Shown here: positions 45,193 to 55,970 of the stretch, in pieces
Numbering within the stretch: the stretch's first letter is position 1
How the letters are laid out: every line of letters starts with the position of its first letter
Source of the DNA: an uncultured bacterium
GTDB lineage: Bacteria; Patescibacteriota; Microgenomatia; UBA1400; PJMF01
NCBI GenBank assembly: GCA_903842795.1
Contig: CAIMNJ010000018.1
Coordinates: 3,246-67,245 of the forward strand
Reading direction: 5' to 3'
DNA: 64,000 nt
Made by a program: the position numbers and the translations under genes
The notes under the pieces: model-generated
Databases searched by the model: none
What the model saw: the letters and a program-made list of their open reading frames with translations, nothing else
Told to the model about the DNA's origin: nothing

Positions 45193-46479
45193 TTAGGAAT
45201 ATTTTTCATAGTTTTCACTCAAGAGCTGAGAGTTGATTTGCTTTGAGGTTTCCAAAATAACAGAAACCACAATCAAAATACTTGTTCCGCCAACGGCTAA
45301 AGAATTAATGCCAGTAATAATTTGAGCAAGAGAAGGCAAAATTGCAATAGATGCCAAGAAAATAGCTCCAGCAAAAGTAATTCTAGTTACCACAAACTCC
45401 AAAAATTTTCTGGTGGGATTGCCTGGTCTAATTCCAGGTATAAAGGCACCACTTTTCTTTAATTCATCTGAAATATCGCCAGCATTGAAGAAAATAATGG
45501 CAGAAAAATAACTAAAAACAAAAACCAAAATAAAATAGCTAATCAAATAAATATAAGAAGTTTGAGCAAAAGCTACAGTAATTTTTTCTCCCAAACTTAC
45601 TAAAGATTCATTCTTTGCTAAAACTAGCAATCTGCCAATAAAAGAGGGTACCATCATTAAGGAAACAGCAAAAATAATTGGCATTACACCAGCCACATTA
45701 ACCTTGATCGGCAAATGAGTTTGTTGGCCACCAAATTGTCTGCCACCTCTAATTCTCTTGGCGTACTGAATCGGCACCTTGCGAGTAGCTTCGTTCATAA
45801 AAACCACTGTCCAAATTACTCCAGCCACTAAAGCAGCAGTTACCAATAAAGAAGTAAGAGAAATCGTATCTGCTAGTGCAAATAAAGAAGCCATGCTAGA
45901 AGGAATTTGGCTAATAATACCAGCAAGCAAAATCATAGAAATACCATTACCAATTCCTCTTTCATTGATAATTTCACCAAGCCACATCATCACAATTGAA
46001 CCAGCCACCAAAGTGGCTACAACAACCATCAAGCTAGCAGTACTAGCACCAACTAATAAATTTTGAGAGTTAAGCAAAGCAATTACCGAAATAGCCTGTA
46101 CCACCGCAATTGGCACAGACATTAAACGCATATATTGATTGAGCTTAGCTCTGCTGGCTTCACCCTCTTTCTGCATTTCTTTGATTTTTGGAAAAACCAT
46201 ACCCAGCAATTGCATAATAATAGAAGCAGTAATATATGGATTAATACCAACAGCAACAACGGAAAGCCTGGCCAGCGTACCACCAGAAAAAATATTCAAA
46301 AAGTTTAGAAATTGATTGGAAGCAAATAATAACTTAAGTTGAGCAACGTCAACGGCTGGAACTGGGATATGAGCAAGAATTCTAGTGAGAGCAAAAATTG
46401 CTAGGGTAAATAAGAGCTTGCTTTTGAGCTTCTGGTTGGAAAATATTGCTCGAGTTTTATCTAAAATTTTTTCTATCAC
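45193..46479 (-). CDS. secY: Preprotein translocase subunit SecY
   Basis: 428 aa and 10 TM helices. Position between rplO and adk. Confidence 0.9.
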   Translation of the reverse strand: MIEKILDKTRAIFSNQKLKSKLLFTLAIFALTRILAHIPVPAVDVAQLKLLFASNQFLNFLNIFSGGTLARLSVVAVGINPYITASIIMQLLGMVFPKIKEMQKEGEASRAKLNQYMRLMSVPIAVVQAISVIALLNSQNLLVGASTASLMVVVATLVAGSIVMMWLGEIINERGIGNGISMILLAGIISQIPSSMASLFALADTISLTSLLVTAALVAGVIWTVVFMNEATRKVPIQYAKRIRGGRQFGGQQTHLPIKVNVAGVMPIIFAVSLMMVPSFIGRLLVLAKNESLVSLGEKITVAFAQTSYIYLISYFILVFVFSYFSAIIFFNAGDISDELKKSGAFIPGIRPGNPTRKFLEFVVTRITFAGAIFLASIAILPSLAQIITGINSLAVGGTSILIVVSVILETSKQINSQLLSENYEKYS

Positions 46480-46536
46480 TTCTGTTCAAGAAGTTAATAT
46501 TCTAAGCTAAAGATCACTACAAAAGCAAGTCGCTTT

Positions 46537-46977
46537 TTAGTTTTCGATAACTCCGCCCAAAGCCTCAATTTCTTTACGAGCAGACTCTGAGACACCAATG
46601 CCTTTTAAATTAACTTTTTTGTTTAACTTGCCCTTGCTAATAACTTTGGCTCTCTTAAATCTTTTATCGATAATTCTGTTTAATTTGAGAGAGTCTAAGG
46701 TAATGTCAGTCAATTCAATCTTGTTAAGATCGCTCATAGTGAGTTCAGCAGTAGAAATCAAACTCTTAAAACGACCTTTACCTCTCCACATTGGAATTCT
46801 CTTAGAAAGAGGCAAAGAACCACCCTCAAACCAAAGAGGAACTTTAGAACCTGTACGAGCTCTTTGACCTTTTTGACCACGAGAAGAAGTGTGACCACCC
46901 TTACCAGAACCGTAGCCTCTGCCTAAGCGTTTGCTTTGTCTGGTGGTAATTTTTTTAACTAAATTTAAAATCGACAT
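46537..46977 (-). CDS. rplO: 50S ribosomal protein L15
   Basis: [20 protein letters not shown] motif. Confidence 0.9.
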   Translation of the reverse strand: MSILNLVKKITTRQSKRLGRGYGSGKGGHTSSRGQKGQRARTGSKVPLWFEGGSLPLSKRIPMWRGKGRFKSLISTAELTMSDLNKIELTDITLDSLKLNRIIDKRFKRAKVISKGKLNKKVNLKGIGVSESARKEIEALGGVIEN

Positions 46978-46988
46978 TTTTAGAGTCC

Positions 46989-47621
46989 TTATTTGCTAGC
47001 TTTTTTCTTGGCAACAGGTGCCTCTTTTTTCTTTAATTCTTTAGTAGCAGCCTCACTCTTAGCAGCTGATTCACTAGCTTTTTTCTGCAATTCTTCCATC
47101 TTCTTTCTCTCCTCTTCCTCAATATCAGAAATAGAGCGCAATTTAATGCCTTTGATCTCCACTAATTTGGAAATTTGTTTGAGAGCTTCAAAAGTAGCGT
47201 AAACTGAAGATGATTGATTATCACTACCCATGATCTTGCAAGCAATATCTCTGACACCAGCAGCTTCCACAACAGCTCTGACTGGACCACCAGCGATAAC
47301 ACCAGTTCCTTTGGTTGACGGCTTCATCATAACCTTGCCAGCACCTTTTTTGACAGTGATAGCAAAAGGAATAGTGGTTCCATCAAGAGGAACACTGATC
47401 ATTTTTTTCTTAGCTTTTTTAATACTTTTTTTGATAGCAGAGAGCACATCACTAGCTTTACCAAGACCTACACCAACTTTACCTTTTTTGTCACCAACCA
47501 CCATCAATACTGAAAAACCAACTTTGTTGCCACCTTTGGTTTTTTTAGACACTCTAGAAATTTGAATGACTTTCTCTTCAAATTCTTTAACTTCTGGTTT
47601 TTCAAAATTATCTCTTGCCAT
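46989..47621 (-). CDS. rpsE: 30S ribosomal protein S5 with Lys-rich C-terminal extension
   Basis: S5 dsRBD and C-terminal domain motifs ([16 protein letters not shown]). It is directly adjacent to rplO with no L30 gene between them. Confidence 0.9.
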   Translation of the reverse strand: MARDNFEKPEVKEFEEKVIQISRVSKKTKGGNKVGFSVLMVVGDKKGKVGVGLGKASDVLSAIKKSIKKAKKKMISVPLDGTTIPFAITVKKGAGKVMMKPSTKGTGVIAGGPVRAVVEAAGVRDIACKIMGSDNQSSSVYATFEALKQISKLVEIKGIKLRSISDIEEEERKKMEELQKKASESAAKSEAATKELKKKEAPVAKKKASK

Positions 47622-47626
47622 ATTTT

Positions 47627-47986
47627 TTATAATTGAATTCCACCTTCACGAAGAGTTTCAGCAACAGCCTTGATTCTACCGTGATATTTATAATAAGAAC
47701 GATCAAAAACTAAACTATTAATTTTCTTTTTCTTCAAATCAGCTAAAAGCAATTTGCTAACAGCAATGGCTCTTTCAGTTTTGGTGCCAGCAACCTTTTT
47801 ATCTTTAACCAAATCACTAGCACTGGCTAAAGTTTTGCCAGTACTATCATCAATTACTTGCAATGAGACGTGCTCATTGGAGCGAAAAACGGTTAAACGA
47901 GGGCGCACAGTATTACCAGAGATTTTAGCTCTAATACGCTGTTGTCTCTTTAATCTATTTTTTCTAAGTAATTTAATATCTGACAT
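47627..47986 (-). CDS. rplR: 50S ribosomal protein L18
   Basis: RPRLTVFRSNEHV motif. Confidence 0.9.
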   Translation of the reverse strand: MSDIKLLRKNRLKRQQRIRAKISGNTVRPRLTVFRSNEHVSLQVIDDSTGKTLASASDLVKDKKVAGTKTERAIAVSKLLLADLKKKKINSLVFDRSYYKYHGRIKAVAETLREGGIQL

Positions 47987-47998
47987 TTTGTTCCCTAA

Positions 47999-48538
47999 TT
48001 ATTTAGTGGCAGCCTTGCCTGGTTTCTTCTTAACTACTTCATCGCTATAGCGAATACCTTTGCCTAAATAAGGCTCTGGTGGTCTAAGACCTCTAATATT
48101 AGCGGCAACTTGACCAACTAATTGCTTATCAATACCTTCAATATGAATAGTATCATTACCTTCGACTTTAAAAGTAACGCCAGCAACAGCTTCAACATCA
48201 ACTACATGAGAGAAACCAAGAGTCATAGAAAGACCAGCTCCCTTAGAGTTGACTCTGTAACCAGTACCAACTAACTTTAAAGTTTTTTTGTAAGCTTCAG
48301 ATACACCAAAAACATTATTGGCAATCAAACTTCTCAACAAACCATGATTAGCTTTGGTTTGTTTGAGATCATTTTTGCGAGACAAAGAGACTTCATTACC
48401 CTCAACTTTTACCTCAATATTTGGCAAGAGAGACAATTTAAGTTCACCCTTTGGACCTCTGGTGATAATTTCCTCACCAACCACAGAAACAGTGACTTGA
48501 CTTGGAATACTAATAATTTTTTTACCAATTTTTGACAT
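47999..48538 (-). CDS. rplF: 50S ribosomal protein L6
   Basis: MSKIGKKIISIP N-terminus and a two-domain L6. Confidence 0.9.
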   Translation of the reverse strand: MSKIGKKIISIPSQVTVSVVGEEIITRGPKGELKLSLLPNIEVKVEGNEVSLSRKNDLKQTKANHGLLRSLIANNVFGVSEAYKKTLKLVGTGYRVNSKGAGLSMTLGFSHVVDVEAVAGVTFKVEGNDTIHIEGIDKQLVGQVAANIRGLRPPEPYLGKGIRYSDEVVKKKPGKAATK

Positions 48539-48553
48539 ATCTTTTCAAATCCT

Positions 48554-48946
48554 TTACCAAATCTGGCAAAGTACCTCTCCGCCAAGGTTTTGTTTACGAG
48601 CGCTTTTGCCATCCATAACACCTTTGTTGGTGGAAAGAATGGTTAAACCATATCCGTTTAAAGTGCTTGGAATTTCAGAAGCACTCTTATATATACGACG
48701 ACCTGGCTTAGAAACTCTTTTAACCCCACTAATAACTGAGGTTTTATTAGAATATTTTAAAGAAACCTTGATTTGTTTAAAATCACCTTCTTTACTAAGA
48801 ACTTCATAATTTTCAATGTAATTAAAGTCCTTCAAGATTTTGGCGACTGCAACCTTCATATTGGAATGAGGCACCATAAGATCTTTGTGACCAGCCATCA
48901 CACTGTTTTTTATTCTGATAATCATGTCTGCAATAGGATCAGTCAT
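48554..48946 (-). CDS. rpsH: 30S ribosomal protein S8
   Basis: MTDPIADMIIRIKN N-terminus. Confidence 0.9.
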   Translation of the reverse strand: MTDPIADMIIRIKNSVMAGHKDLMVPHSNMKVAVAKILKDFNYIENYEVLSKEGDFKQIKVSLKYSNKTSVISGVKRVSKPGRRIYKSASEIPSTLNGYGLTILSTNKGVMDGKSARKQNLGGEVLCQIW

Positions 48947-48950
48947 ATTT

Positions 48951-49181
48951 TTATTTACTGGTTTTTACTACACCAGGTAATTCACCTTTAGCTGCTAATT
49001 CTCTAAAAGTTAAACGGCTTAAACCAAAAAAGCGCATATAACCTCTTGGACGGCCAGTAATTCTACAACGATTTACACCTCTAGTCGAGACTTTGTTTAC
49101 TTTTTTGACACCAGACTTTAGCAAAGCTTCACGCTTGGCTAAAACTTTTTTTGATTGGGCAATCTTTGATTTTTTGGCCAT
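48951..49181 (-). CDS. rpsN: 30S ribosomal protein S14
   Basis: [11 protein letters not shown]...FGLSR..FRELA..GELPGV C-terminal signature. Confidence 0.85.
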   Translation of the reverse strand: MAKKSKIAQSKKVLAKREALLKSGVKKVNKVSTRGVNRCRITGRPRGYMRFFGLSRLTFRELAAKGELPGVVKTSK

Positions 49182-49183
49182 AC

Positions 49184-49747
49184 TTAGTTTTTATCTTCTT
49201 CCTTTTTAAAAGGCATACCTAAAAGTTCTAATAAACGATAAGCTTCTTTATCATTTTTGTTGCTAGTGACAACATTCACTTGCAAAGGTCTAATACGATC
49301 GATTTGATCGAATTCAATCTCTGGGAAAGAAATTTGCTCTTCAATTCCGAGACTATAATTGCCTTGACCATCAAAAGCAGTTCTACTAACTCCACGGAAA
49401 TCTTTAACACGTGGTAAAACAACTGAAATCAATCTGTCCAAGAAACCCCACATCAATTCACCGCGCAAGGTTACCATAACACCCATTGGATCACCAGCTC
49501 TCAATTTAAAGTTGGAAACAGCTTTGCGAGCCTTGGTAACTTGAGGATGTTGACCAGTAATAGCTTCAAATTGCTTGACAATGGAAGGCATGATTTTTTC
49601 TCTAGCACGAGGCTCTTGAGGATCAGCTACACCAATGTTGACAACAACTTTCTCAATTTTAGTCACTTGATGAATGTTTTTGTAAGAAAACTCTTTCATC
49701 AAGACTGGGAGCACTTGTTCTTGGTATTTTTGCTTCAAACGGTTCAT
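49184..49747 (-). CDS. rplE: 50S ribosomal protein L5
   Basis: [13 protein letters not shown]-terminus. Confidence 0.9.
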   Translation of the reverse strand: MNRLKQKYQEQVLPVLMKEFSYKNIHQVTKIEKVVVNIGVADPQEPRAREKIMPSIVKQFEAITGQHPQVTKARKAVSNFKLRAGDPMGVMVTLRGELMWGFLDRLISVVLPRVKDFRGVSRTAFDGQGNYSLGIEEQISFPEIEFDQIDRIRPLQVNVVTSNKNDKEAYRLLELLGMPFKKEEDKN

Positions 49748-49748
49748 A

Positions 49749-50084
49749 TTATTTCTTCTTAGCGGTAGCTACTTTTTCGGTCTTAATAACTTGACCGGTT
49801 TTCTTAAAAATTCTTTCCTTTTTGCCATCAGCAGTTACTTTAAAAGCAACTCTATCAGCTTGATCTTTATCATTTAAAATAGCCACTTTAGCAACAGACA
49901 TTGGGCGTTCTCTTCTAACTTTTTCGCCAGCTCTATCCATCATTGGCTTAACATGCTTAAAATAAAGATTAACGTCTTTGACTAAAACCTTATCTTCAGC
50001 TGGGAAAACAGCGATTATTTCGCTTTTTTTGCCTTTATCTTTGCCAGCAGTAACTAAAACTTTATCTCCAATTTTTAATTTCAT
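49749..50084 (-). CDS. rplX: 50S ribosomal protein L24
   Basis: [19 protein letters not shown] motif. Confidence 0.9.
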   Translation of the reverse strand: MKLKIGDKVLVTAGKDKGKKSEIIAVFPAEDKVLVKDVNLYFKHVKPMMDRAGEKVRRERPMSVAKVAILNDKDQADRVAFKVTADGKKERIFKKTGQVIKTEKVATAKKK

Positions 50085-50455
50085 AATACCTCCGGAGCTA
50101 AACTGGCAACTTTATTAAATCCTTGATCTTTGACCTCACGAGCAATTGGGCCAAAAACACGAGTGCCAACTGGCTCTTTGTTGTTGCGAGCTTGCACAAT
50201 GACTGCGGCATTTTCGTCAAAACGAATATATTCACCACTGTCTCTTCTTTGTTCTTTTTTAGTGCGCACGATAACAGCTCTGACTTTTTCACCTTTTTTG
50301 ATGGTGCCATTGGTATCAGCAGCAATTACCGAAGCGATTACCATATCACCAACATTACCAAATCTTCTCTTTGAGCCACCGTAAACCTGAATGACTCTGA
50401 GTTTTTTTGCACCGCTGTTGTCAGCGACGGCTAGTACGGTTCTTAGTTGTATCAT
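50081..50455 (-). CDS. rplN: 50S ribosomal protein L14
   Basis: [18 protein letters not shown]-terminus. Confidence 0.9.
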   Translation of the reverse strand: MIQLRTVLAVADNSGAKKLRVIQVYGGSKRRFGNVGDMVIASVIAADTNGTIKKGEKVRAVIVRTKKEQRRDSGEYIRFDENAAVIVQARNNKEPVGTRVFGPIAREVKDQGFNKVASLAPEVL

Positions 50456-50458
50456 GGC

Positions 50459-50698
50459 TTATTTTCCAATTTTTTTGACTACTTTAAATCTTTTAGTTTT
50501 GCTAAGAGGACGAGTTTCCATAATTTCAACTTTATCAGCCAAAACTAAATCAACCAACTTAGCATCAAAGTCACAAGCATATTTCTTGCTACGTCTAACT
50601 AATTTTTGATAAAGAGGGTGGGCCCACATACGCTCGACTTTGACGATTGCTGTGTCCTTGGTCTTTAAAGAAATAACTGTGCCTTGTAACTTTTTCAT
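50459..50698 (-). CDS. rpsQ: 30S ribosomal protein S17
   Basis: GTVISLKTKDTAIVKVER motif. Confidence 0.9.
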   Translation of the reverse strand: MKKLQGTVISLKTKDTAIVKVERMWAHPLYQKLVRRSKKYACDFDAKLVDLVLADKVEIMETRPLSKTKRFKVVKKIGK

Positions 50699-50699
50699 A

Positions 50700-50906
50700 T
50701 TATTTGTTCTCTATTTTTTTCTCTGTAAGAACAGTTTTAATTCTGGCTATGTCGTCGCTCAAATTCTTTAACTTAGCCACACTACTCAACTTACCAACTT
50801 TTTTCTGCAAACGCATGTTGGAAAGTTCATGAGTCAATTTAGATAATTCCTTATCCAATTCTGACACTGTTTTTTGACTTAGTGTTTTAATATCGTTTCT
50901 TTTCAT
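50700..50906 (-). CDS. rpmC: 50S ribosomal protein L29
   Basis: 68 aa, coiled and helical. Position between rplP and rpsQ. Confidence 0.85.
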   Translation of the reverse strand: MKRNDIKTLSQKTVSELDKELSKLTHELSNMRLQKKVGKLSSVAKLKNLSDDIARIKTVLTEKKIENK

Positions 50907-51314
50907 TTATTTTTTCTTTACAAATTCAGTTTTAACTGATAATTTAGCGGCGGCTTTTTGCATAGCTGCTTTGGCCATTTCTTCGCTAACACCACCAATT
51001 TCAAATAATATAAATCCTGGCTTAATAACGGCCACATATTCCTGAATAGCACCTTTACCAGAACCCATTTTGACACCAAGTGGCTTTTGAGTTAAAGGCT
51101 TGTGAGGGAAAATCTTAATCCAATATTTTCCTTCTCTTTTGGTGGCATAGGTAATTTTCTTACGAGCAGCTTCGATTTGGCGAGCAGAAATCTCACCCAA
51201 ATTTAAAGCTCTAAGACCATATTCACCAAAAACAATTTCGCAACCTCTCATGGCCTTGCCACGATTTTTGCCTCTAAAAGTCTTACGGTATTTTACTTTT
51301 TTTGGTTGTAACAT
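50907..51314 (-). CDS. rplP: 50S ribosomal protein L16
   Basis: [17 protein letters not shown]-terminus. Confidence 0.9.
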   Translation of the reverse strand: MLQPKKVKYRKTFRGKNRGKAMRGCEIVFGEYGLRALNLGEISARQIEAARKKITYATKREGKYWIKIFPHKPLTQKPLGVKMGSGKGAIQEYVAVIKPGFILFEIGGVSEEMAKAAMQKAAAKLSVKTEFVKKK

Positions 51315-51316
51315 TG

Positions 51317-51967
51317 CTAGACTATTTCACCTTTATAAATCCATACCTTAATGCCCACATAACCAGAACGAGTCTTGGCTGGAGCTTCAGCATAATCAAT
51401 ATTGGCTCTCAAAGTTTGAGTTGGGACACTACCTTGAAAATACTTTTCACTGCGAGCAATTTCTGCTCCACCCACTCTACCAGAGAGTTGAATTTTAACA
51501 CCTTTGGCGCCAGCTGCCATCACCTTTTCCATCGCTTGCATTACAGCACGACGATGAGGATATCTAGCAAGTAATTGAGAGATAATTCTCTCAAGAACTA
51601 ACTTGGCACTCAAATCTGGTTTTTTAACTTCTTCAACTTTTAATTCAATTCTAGCTTTGTCTCTTTTTTCTTTAGAAACATTAATCAAACGCTCCACACC
51701 TTCTTTGACTTTTTCCAAGTTAGAACCACCTTTACCAATCACTACACCTGGGCGAGCAACAGATAAAACAACTAGCAATTTGTTAATAGAACGTTTAATT
51801 TCAATATCAACTAAACCAGCATTGGCCAAGCTTGATTCTAAATATTCGCGCAAGCGATAATCTTCTAGAACTCTGTTGGCATAATCTGCTTTTGAAGCAA
51901 ACCAAAGAGATTTCCAAGTGAAAATTCCACCTGTTCTAAAGTTGATTGGATTAACTTTTTGTCCCAT
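51317..51967 (-). CDS. rpsC: 30S ribosomal protein S3
   Basis: [12 protein letters not shown]-terminus and a KH domain. Confidence 0.9.
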   Translation of the reverse strand: MGQKVNPINFRTGGIFTWKSLWFASKADYANRVLEDYRLREYLESSLANAGLVDIEIKRSINKLLVVLSVARPGVVIGKGGSNLEKVKEGVERLINVSKEKRDKARIELKVEEVKKPDLSAKLVLERIISQLLARYPHRRAVMQAMEKVMAAGAKGVKIQLSGRVGGAEIARSEKYFQGSVPTQTLRANIDYAEAPAKTRSGYVGIKVWIYKGEIV

Positions 51968-51971
51968 ATCT

Positions 51972-52505
51972 TTACTTAGATCCCTTTTTCTGACTTTGTA
52001 TTAGTTTATTAGCTTGACCTTTACCTGAACCTTGCAATTTAGCAGCTTGATTCTTGCTACGGTCTAATTTAATAGCATCTTGAGCTTTTTTGGCAGTTTT
52101 TGGCTTAGCTTCTTTGACAACTGGAGCTTCAGCAACAACTTCAGTTTTTTTAACTTCAGTTGGCTTGGATTCTTTTTTAGTTCTCAAATCCACTCTAACA
52201 TGACAGGTTCTCTTGAGAATGGTGTGAGCGCGACCGCGACTCACAGCTCTCCATCTCTTGAGGGCTGGACCATCATTAACGATAATATTATCAATTTCCA
52301 AATCGCTAATAGCCAAGTGAAAATTATTCATGGCATTAGCGACTGCTTGGCGCAAAACCTTCAAAACCAAAAGACTAGCTTTTCTGTCGATAACAGCCAA
52401 GTGTTTGATAGCATCAGCAACACTCATCTTTTTAACAACATCAGCCACCAAACGCACTTTGCGTGAGGTTTGTCTGGTATTTTTTTGTTCTGCTTTGATT
52501 ATCAT
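51972..52505 (-). CDS. rplV: 50S ribosomal protein L22 with C-terminal Lys-rich extension
   Basis: L22 core (VRLVADVVKKMSVADA...). Confidence 0.9.
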   Translation of the reverse strand: MIIKAEQKNTRQTSRKVRLVADVVKKMSVADAIKHLAVIDRKASLLVLKVLRQAVANAMNNFHLAISDLEIDNIIVNDGPALKRWRAVSRGRAHTILKRTCHVRVDLRTKKESKPTEVKKTEVVAEAPVVKEAKPKTAKKAQDAIKLDRSKNQAAKLQGSGKGQANKLIQSQKKGSK

Positions 52506-52526
52506 GATTAGTTTTCCAAAAAAAGT

Positions 52527-52811
52527 TTAAGTCTTAGTCAACAATCTCTTTACGATCTTGCCATGACCTCTAAATGTTCTGGTTGGAGCAAATTCACCCA
52601 AATTGTGACCAACCATCATTTCAGAAACAAAAACTTCAACGAAATTTTTGCCCTGGTGAACCATAAAAGTGTGACCAACAAATTCTGGAGCAATCACGCA
52701 AGCGCGACTCCAAGTCTTAATTGGTTTGTTCTCCCCAGCAGCTTTTTGAGCTAAAACTTTCTTTAAAAGTTTTGGGTCGATAAATGGTCCTTTTTTACTT
52801 GATCTAGACAT
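52527..52811 (-). CDS. rpsS: 30S ribosomal protein S19
   Basis: [12 protein letters not shown]...[10 protein letters not shown] motif. Confidence 0.9.
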   Translation of the reverse strand: MSRSSKKGPFIDPKLLKKVLAQKAAGENKPIKTWSRACVIAPEFVGHTFMVHQGKNFVEVFVSEMMVGHNLGEFAPTRTFRGHGKIVKRLLTKT

Positions 52812-52829
52812 ATTTTATAATACTTTACT

Positions 52830-53666
52830 TTAATTTTTAGCTCTACGATCTCTTACTAAATGACGTAATGATTTCTTGGTACTTCTAGTTTTCTTACCTG
52901 GAGCAACATTCTTACCCCATGGAGACTTGGCGTGTTTCAAACCAACACCGCTACGACCTTCACCACCACCATGTGGATGACTGTCTGGATGTTGAGCGGT
53001 ACCTCTAACACTTGGTCTGATACCCATCATTCTCTTACGACCAGCTTTGCCTAATTTGATACCTTTCCATTCTTGATTGCCAACGCGACCAATAGTGGCA
53101 TAGCATTCCAAACTAACTAGGCGGTGTTCTTTGGAAGGCAAAGCAATAATAGCGTATTTGCCTTCTTTAGATTGAACCATGGCTCCAAGGCCAGCACCTC
53201 TAACAATTTGGGCACCTTTACCTTGACGAAGTTCAATGTTGTGAATTTCTACACCGATTGGAACATTTTTAAGTTGCATGCAGTTGCCAATTTTGATTTC
53301 AGTTTTTTCTTCTGAAACAATTTCAGCACCAATTTCTAAACCTTCTGGAGCAATAATGTATCTCTTCTCTCCATCTTTATAGAAAAGCAAAGCTACATTA
53401 GCACTACGCATTGGGTCGTATTCAATTCTCTTAACGATAGCTGGAATACCAAACTTATCGCGACGAAAATCGATTACTCTCATTCTTTTCTTCACACCAC
53501 CACCTCTGTGTCTCACAGAAATGTGACCAGAAGCATCTTTGCCTTGTCTCTTTTTATGTCCTTTGACCAAAAGAGATTTCTCTGGTTGACCCTTGTGTAA
53601 ATCAGCACGATCGATATCTAAACGATGTCTCTTACCAGGGGTAGTGCCTTTGATTTTCTTTAACAT
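52830..53666 (-). CDS. rplB: 50S ribosomal protein L2
   Basis: GHISVRHRGGG motif. C-terminal GRNxxGxITxRHRGGG-type signature. Confidence 0.9.
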   Translation of the reverse strand: MLKKIKGTTPGKRHRLDIDRADLHKGQPEKSLLVKGHKKRQGKDASGHISVRHRGGGVKKRMRVIDFRRDKFGIPAIVKRIEYDPMRSANVALLFYKDGEKRYIIAPEGLEIGAEIVSEEKTEIKIGNCMQLKNVPIGVEIHNIELRQGKGAQIVRGAGLGAMVQSKEGKYAIIALPSKEHRLVSLECYATIGRVGNQEWKGIKLGKAGRKRMMGIRPSVRGTAQHPDSHPHGGGEGRSGVGLKHAKSPWGKNVAPGKKTRSTKKSLRHLVRDRRAKN

Positions 53667-53965
53667 TAGCTTTCTCCTCCTACATCAAAAAGATCAATGT
53701 GACTCTCAGCAGCCAAAGTAACATAAGCTTTCTTAGTTTTTGGACTGACAGTATTCATTCTTTTTTTGCCAGTTTTCTTTTTAACTCTGTGTCTAACTAC
53801 AGTGTTAACAGAAAGAACCTTGACACCAAAAATAGTAGCAATAGCTTCTTTGATTTGATTCTTGTGAGCACTCATCTCCACTTCAAAAGTATAGACATGC
53901 TCTTTCTTAGCTAAGCTAATAGATCTCTCTGTGACAACTGGTGTTTTAATTAAATAAGCGTTCAT
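53666..53965 (-). CDS. rplW: 50S ribosomal protein L23
   Basis: 99 aa. Position between rplD and rplB. Confidence 0.85.
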   Translation of the reverse strand: MNAYLIKTPVVTERSISLAKKEHVYTFEVEMSAHKNQIKEAIATIFGVKVLSVNTVVRHRVKKKTGKKRMNTVSPKTKKAYVTLAAESHIDLFDVGGES

Positions 53966-53967
53966 GA

Positions 53968-54612
53968 TTATTTCTTAATAGTTGTTTTTTTAACTTTTAA
54001 CAATCTATCTTCCAAAACTTTTAAGGCGGTAAAATCAATAACAATTTTATCGGCCATAGCAATGTGCAAAGCGTTGACGCGATCTGCAGTCATCACGATG
54101 ACGTTAGATAAATTGCGAACTGAACGACGAGTTAGCTCTGAATTCTTAGATAAAACTACCAAAACTTTCTCGTCTTCTTTGCCAACATTGGCCAAAAGAG
54201 TAGCAGCTTGACTGGTCTTACCTTTTAAGGAAGAAATATCTTTACTTAAAAACAAATTAGTTTTTTGAGCAGTGAGAGCAACTTTGAGAGCCAAAAGTTT
54301 GTTTTTGGAGGTCAAAGTTTTAGCCCAATTACTAATACCTCTTGGACCAAAAGCCACGCCACCACCAACAAAAATACTTGGGGTACGAGCACCATGACGA
54401 GCATTACCTGTACCTTTTTGTTTGTACCATTTTTTCTTGGTTCTATTAATCTCAGATCTGGTCTTGGTATGAGCAGTACCTTGTCTCAAATTACTAAGAT
54501 AAACTCTAATAGCTTGAGCCAAAAGAAAATCAGAAGCAGAATTAGCAAACAAAGCGTCGCTTACTCTGACTTTTTCATTTTTGCTGGCAGAATCAATGAC
54601 TGTCAATTGCAT
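53968..54612 (-). CDS. rplD: 50S ribosomal protein L4
   Basis: 214 aa with an L4 core. Confidence 0.9.
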   Translation of the reverse strand: MQLTVIDSASKNEKVRVSDALFANSASDFLLAQAIRVYLSNLRQGTAHTKTRSEINRTKKKWYKQKGTGNARHGARTPSIFVGGGVAFGPRGISNWAKTLTSKNKLLALKVALTAQKTNLFLSKDISSLKGKTSQAATLLANVGKEDEKVLVVLSKNSELTRRSVRNLSNVIVMTADRVNALHIAMADKIVIDFTALKVLEDRLLKVKKTTIKK

Positions 54613-55343
54613 TATGATTTACTTTCTTCTACAACTTCTGCAGCTTGTGGCTCAGATTTAACTAAACCAAGCAAACCTAAATTTAATTTAATTTCTTTGG
54701 TAGAACCAGTTTTAATGATTCTAACTACAGAAGAGTTAAAACCTGGAACTGGACCGTTAACCCAAAGTTCATTATTTTTTTCATCAATGTAAACTACGAC
54801 TAAACCAGCAACAGTTTTGGTTTCCTGACCGTATCTTCCTGGCATTCTCTTGCCTTTCCAAATACGACCTGGAGTGGTACCAGAACCGATAGAACCAACA
54901 GCTCTGGCACGATCTGATTGACCGTGAGTTTTTGGACCGCCATGAAAACCATGACGCTTCATAGCACCAGCAAAACCGCGACCCTTAGTAGAGCCTTGAA
55001 TTTCTACCACATCACCAACCGCTAATACATCGGCCAAAGAAACAACCGAACCAACAATTAAAGCTGATTCTGGATTTTCTTCACCAACTAATTTAACACC
55101 TTCGATTTGTTTAACACCAAAAGAAAAACCACTCTTTTTGATTTGCTCTCTGAGTGGTTTGTTGACATTTTTCAATTTTTTCTGACCATAACCAATTTCA
55201 AAAGTGGTTTGTTTATCTTGAGTTTCTTTCTTAGAAATAACAAGATTCTCACTAACTTTGAGTTTGGTAATTGGTAAACGCTTGCCGTCCTCTGACCAGG
55301 CTTGAGACATTTCCATTTTGGTAGCAAATATTGTGTTTAGCAT
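54612..55343 (-). CDS. rplC: 50S ribosomal protein L3
   Basis: FATKMEMSQAW N-terminus. Confidence 0.9.
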   Translation of the reverse strand: MLNTIFATKMEMSQAWSEDGKRLPITKLKVSENLVISKKETQDKQTTFEIGYGQKKLKNVNKPLREQIKKSGFSFGVKQIEGVKLVGEENPESALIVGSVVSLADVLAVGDVVEIQGSTKGRGFAGAMKRHGFHGGPKTHGQSDRARAVGSIGSGTTPGRIWKGKRMPGRYGQETKTVAGLVVVYIDEKNNELWVNGPVPGFNSSVVRIIKTGSTKEIKLNLGLLGLVKSEPQAAEVVEESKS

Positions 55344-55403
55344 TGTCTGTCAACAAAATAACGTTATCGGTTTTCTAAGCCGAACTTCTAACTGCCCAAA
55401 AAA

Positions 55404-55724
55404 CTACATTTTGATTTGAATATCAACACCAGCAGGTAGTTCCAAGTGCATTAAAGAATCGATGGTCTTATTGGTTGGATCGACAATATCGATCAAACGC
55501 TTGTGAGTACGAATCTCGTAATGCTCTTGAGCATTTTTATCTGTATGAGGTGAAGTCAAAACGGTAAAAGATTTTTTGTGAGTTGGCAAAGGTACCGGAC
55601 CAATAATTTTGGCACCAGTAGATAAAGCTGTCTGCAGGATCTTACGAGAAGCCTCGTCAATGACGCGGTGATCGTAAGATTTGAGTCTCACTCTAATCTT
55701 GTATGAGTTTTGATTTTTAGTCAT
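55404..55724 (-). CDS. rpsJ: 30S ribosomal protein S10
   Basis: [16 protein letters not shown] motif. Confidence 0.9.
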   Translation of the reverse strand: MTKNQNSYKIRVRLKSYDHRVIDEASRKILQTALSTGAKIIGPVPLPTHKKSFTVLTSPHTDKNAQEHYEIRTHKRLIDIVDPTNKTIDSLMHLELPAGVDIQIKM

Positions 55725-55753
55725 ACTATTTTTAATTTATTGCCTTATTTAAA

Positions 55754-55893
55754 TTGTGATTATCTTAAATCACAAAACGCGATTATAACTAATTCTTTCC
55801 CTCTTGTACAGAGGAAATTTGTATTTTTTCGCAAATTTAATTTAATAATTTTGATCAAAAAAACAAAATCCTCTCACAATTATTGAGAGGATT
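55754..55893 (-). promoter_or_regulatory. S10-operon leader region: candidate promoter (TGTACA-17-TATAAT on minus strand) with leader hairpin (TTGTGATT/AATCACAA) and upstream hairpin plus U-tract (AATCCTCTCA-N7-TGAGAGGATT)
   Basis: Stems read directly from the sequence. On the minus strand, U-rich tracts follow the hairpin at 55867-55893. Confidence 0.35.
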
Positions 55894-55940
55894 GTATTGT
55901 ACCAGAAGAAACACTACAGAGCAAGCATAATTCTTATACC

Positions 55941-55970
55941 AAAAACCCCGCCTTTCAGCGGGGTTTTCTT
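55941..55970 (-). terminator. Rho-independent terminator downstream of tuf
   Basis: Minus strand GAAAACCCCGC-UGAAAG-GCGGGGUUUUUGG. Confidence 0.7.

Noticed and set aside
46978-46988. Looked for an rpmD (L30) ORF between rpsE and rplO, and for map between adk and infA
   Set aside because: Only 11 bp separate rpsE and rplO, and the 91-bp gap between adk and infA has no ORF. Both genes are absent from this locus.
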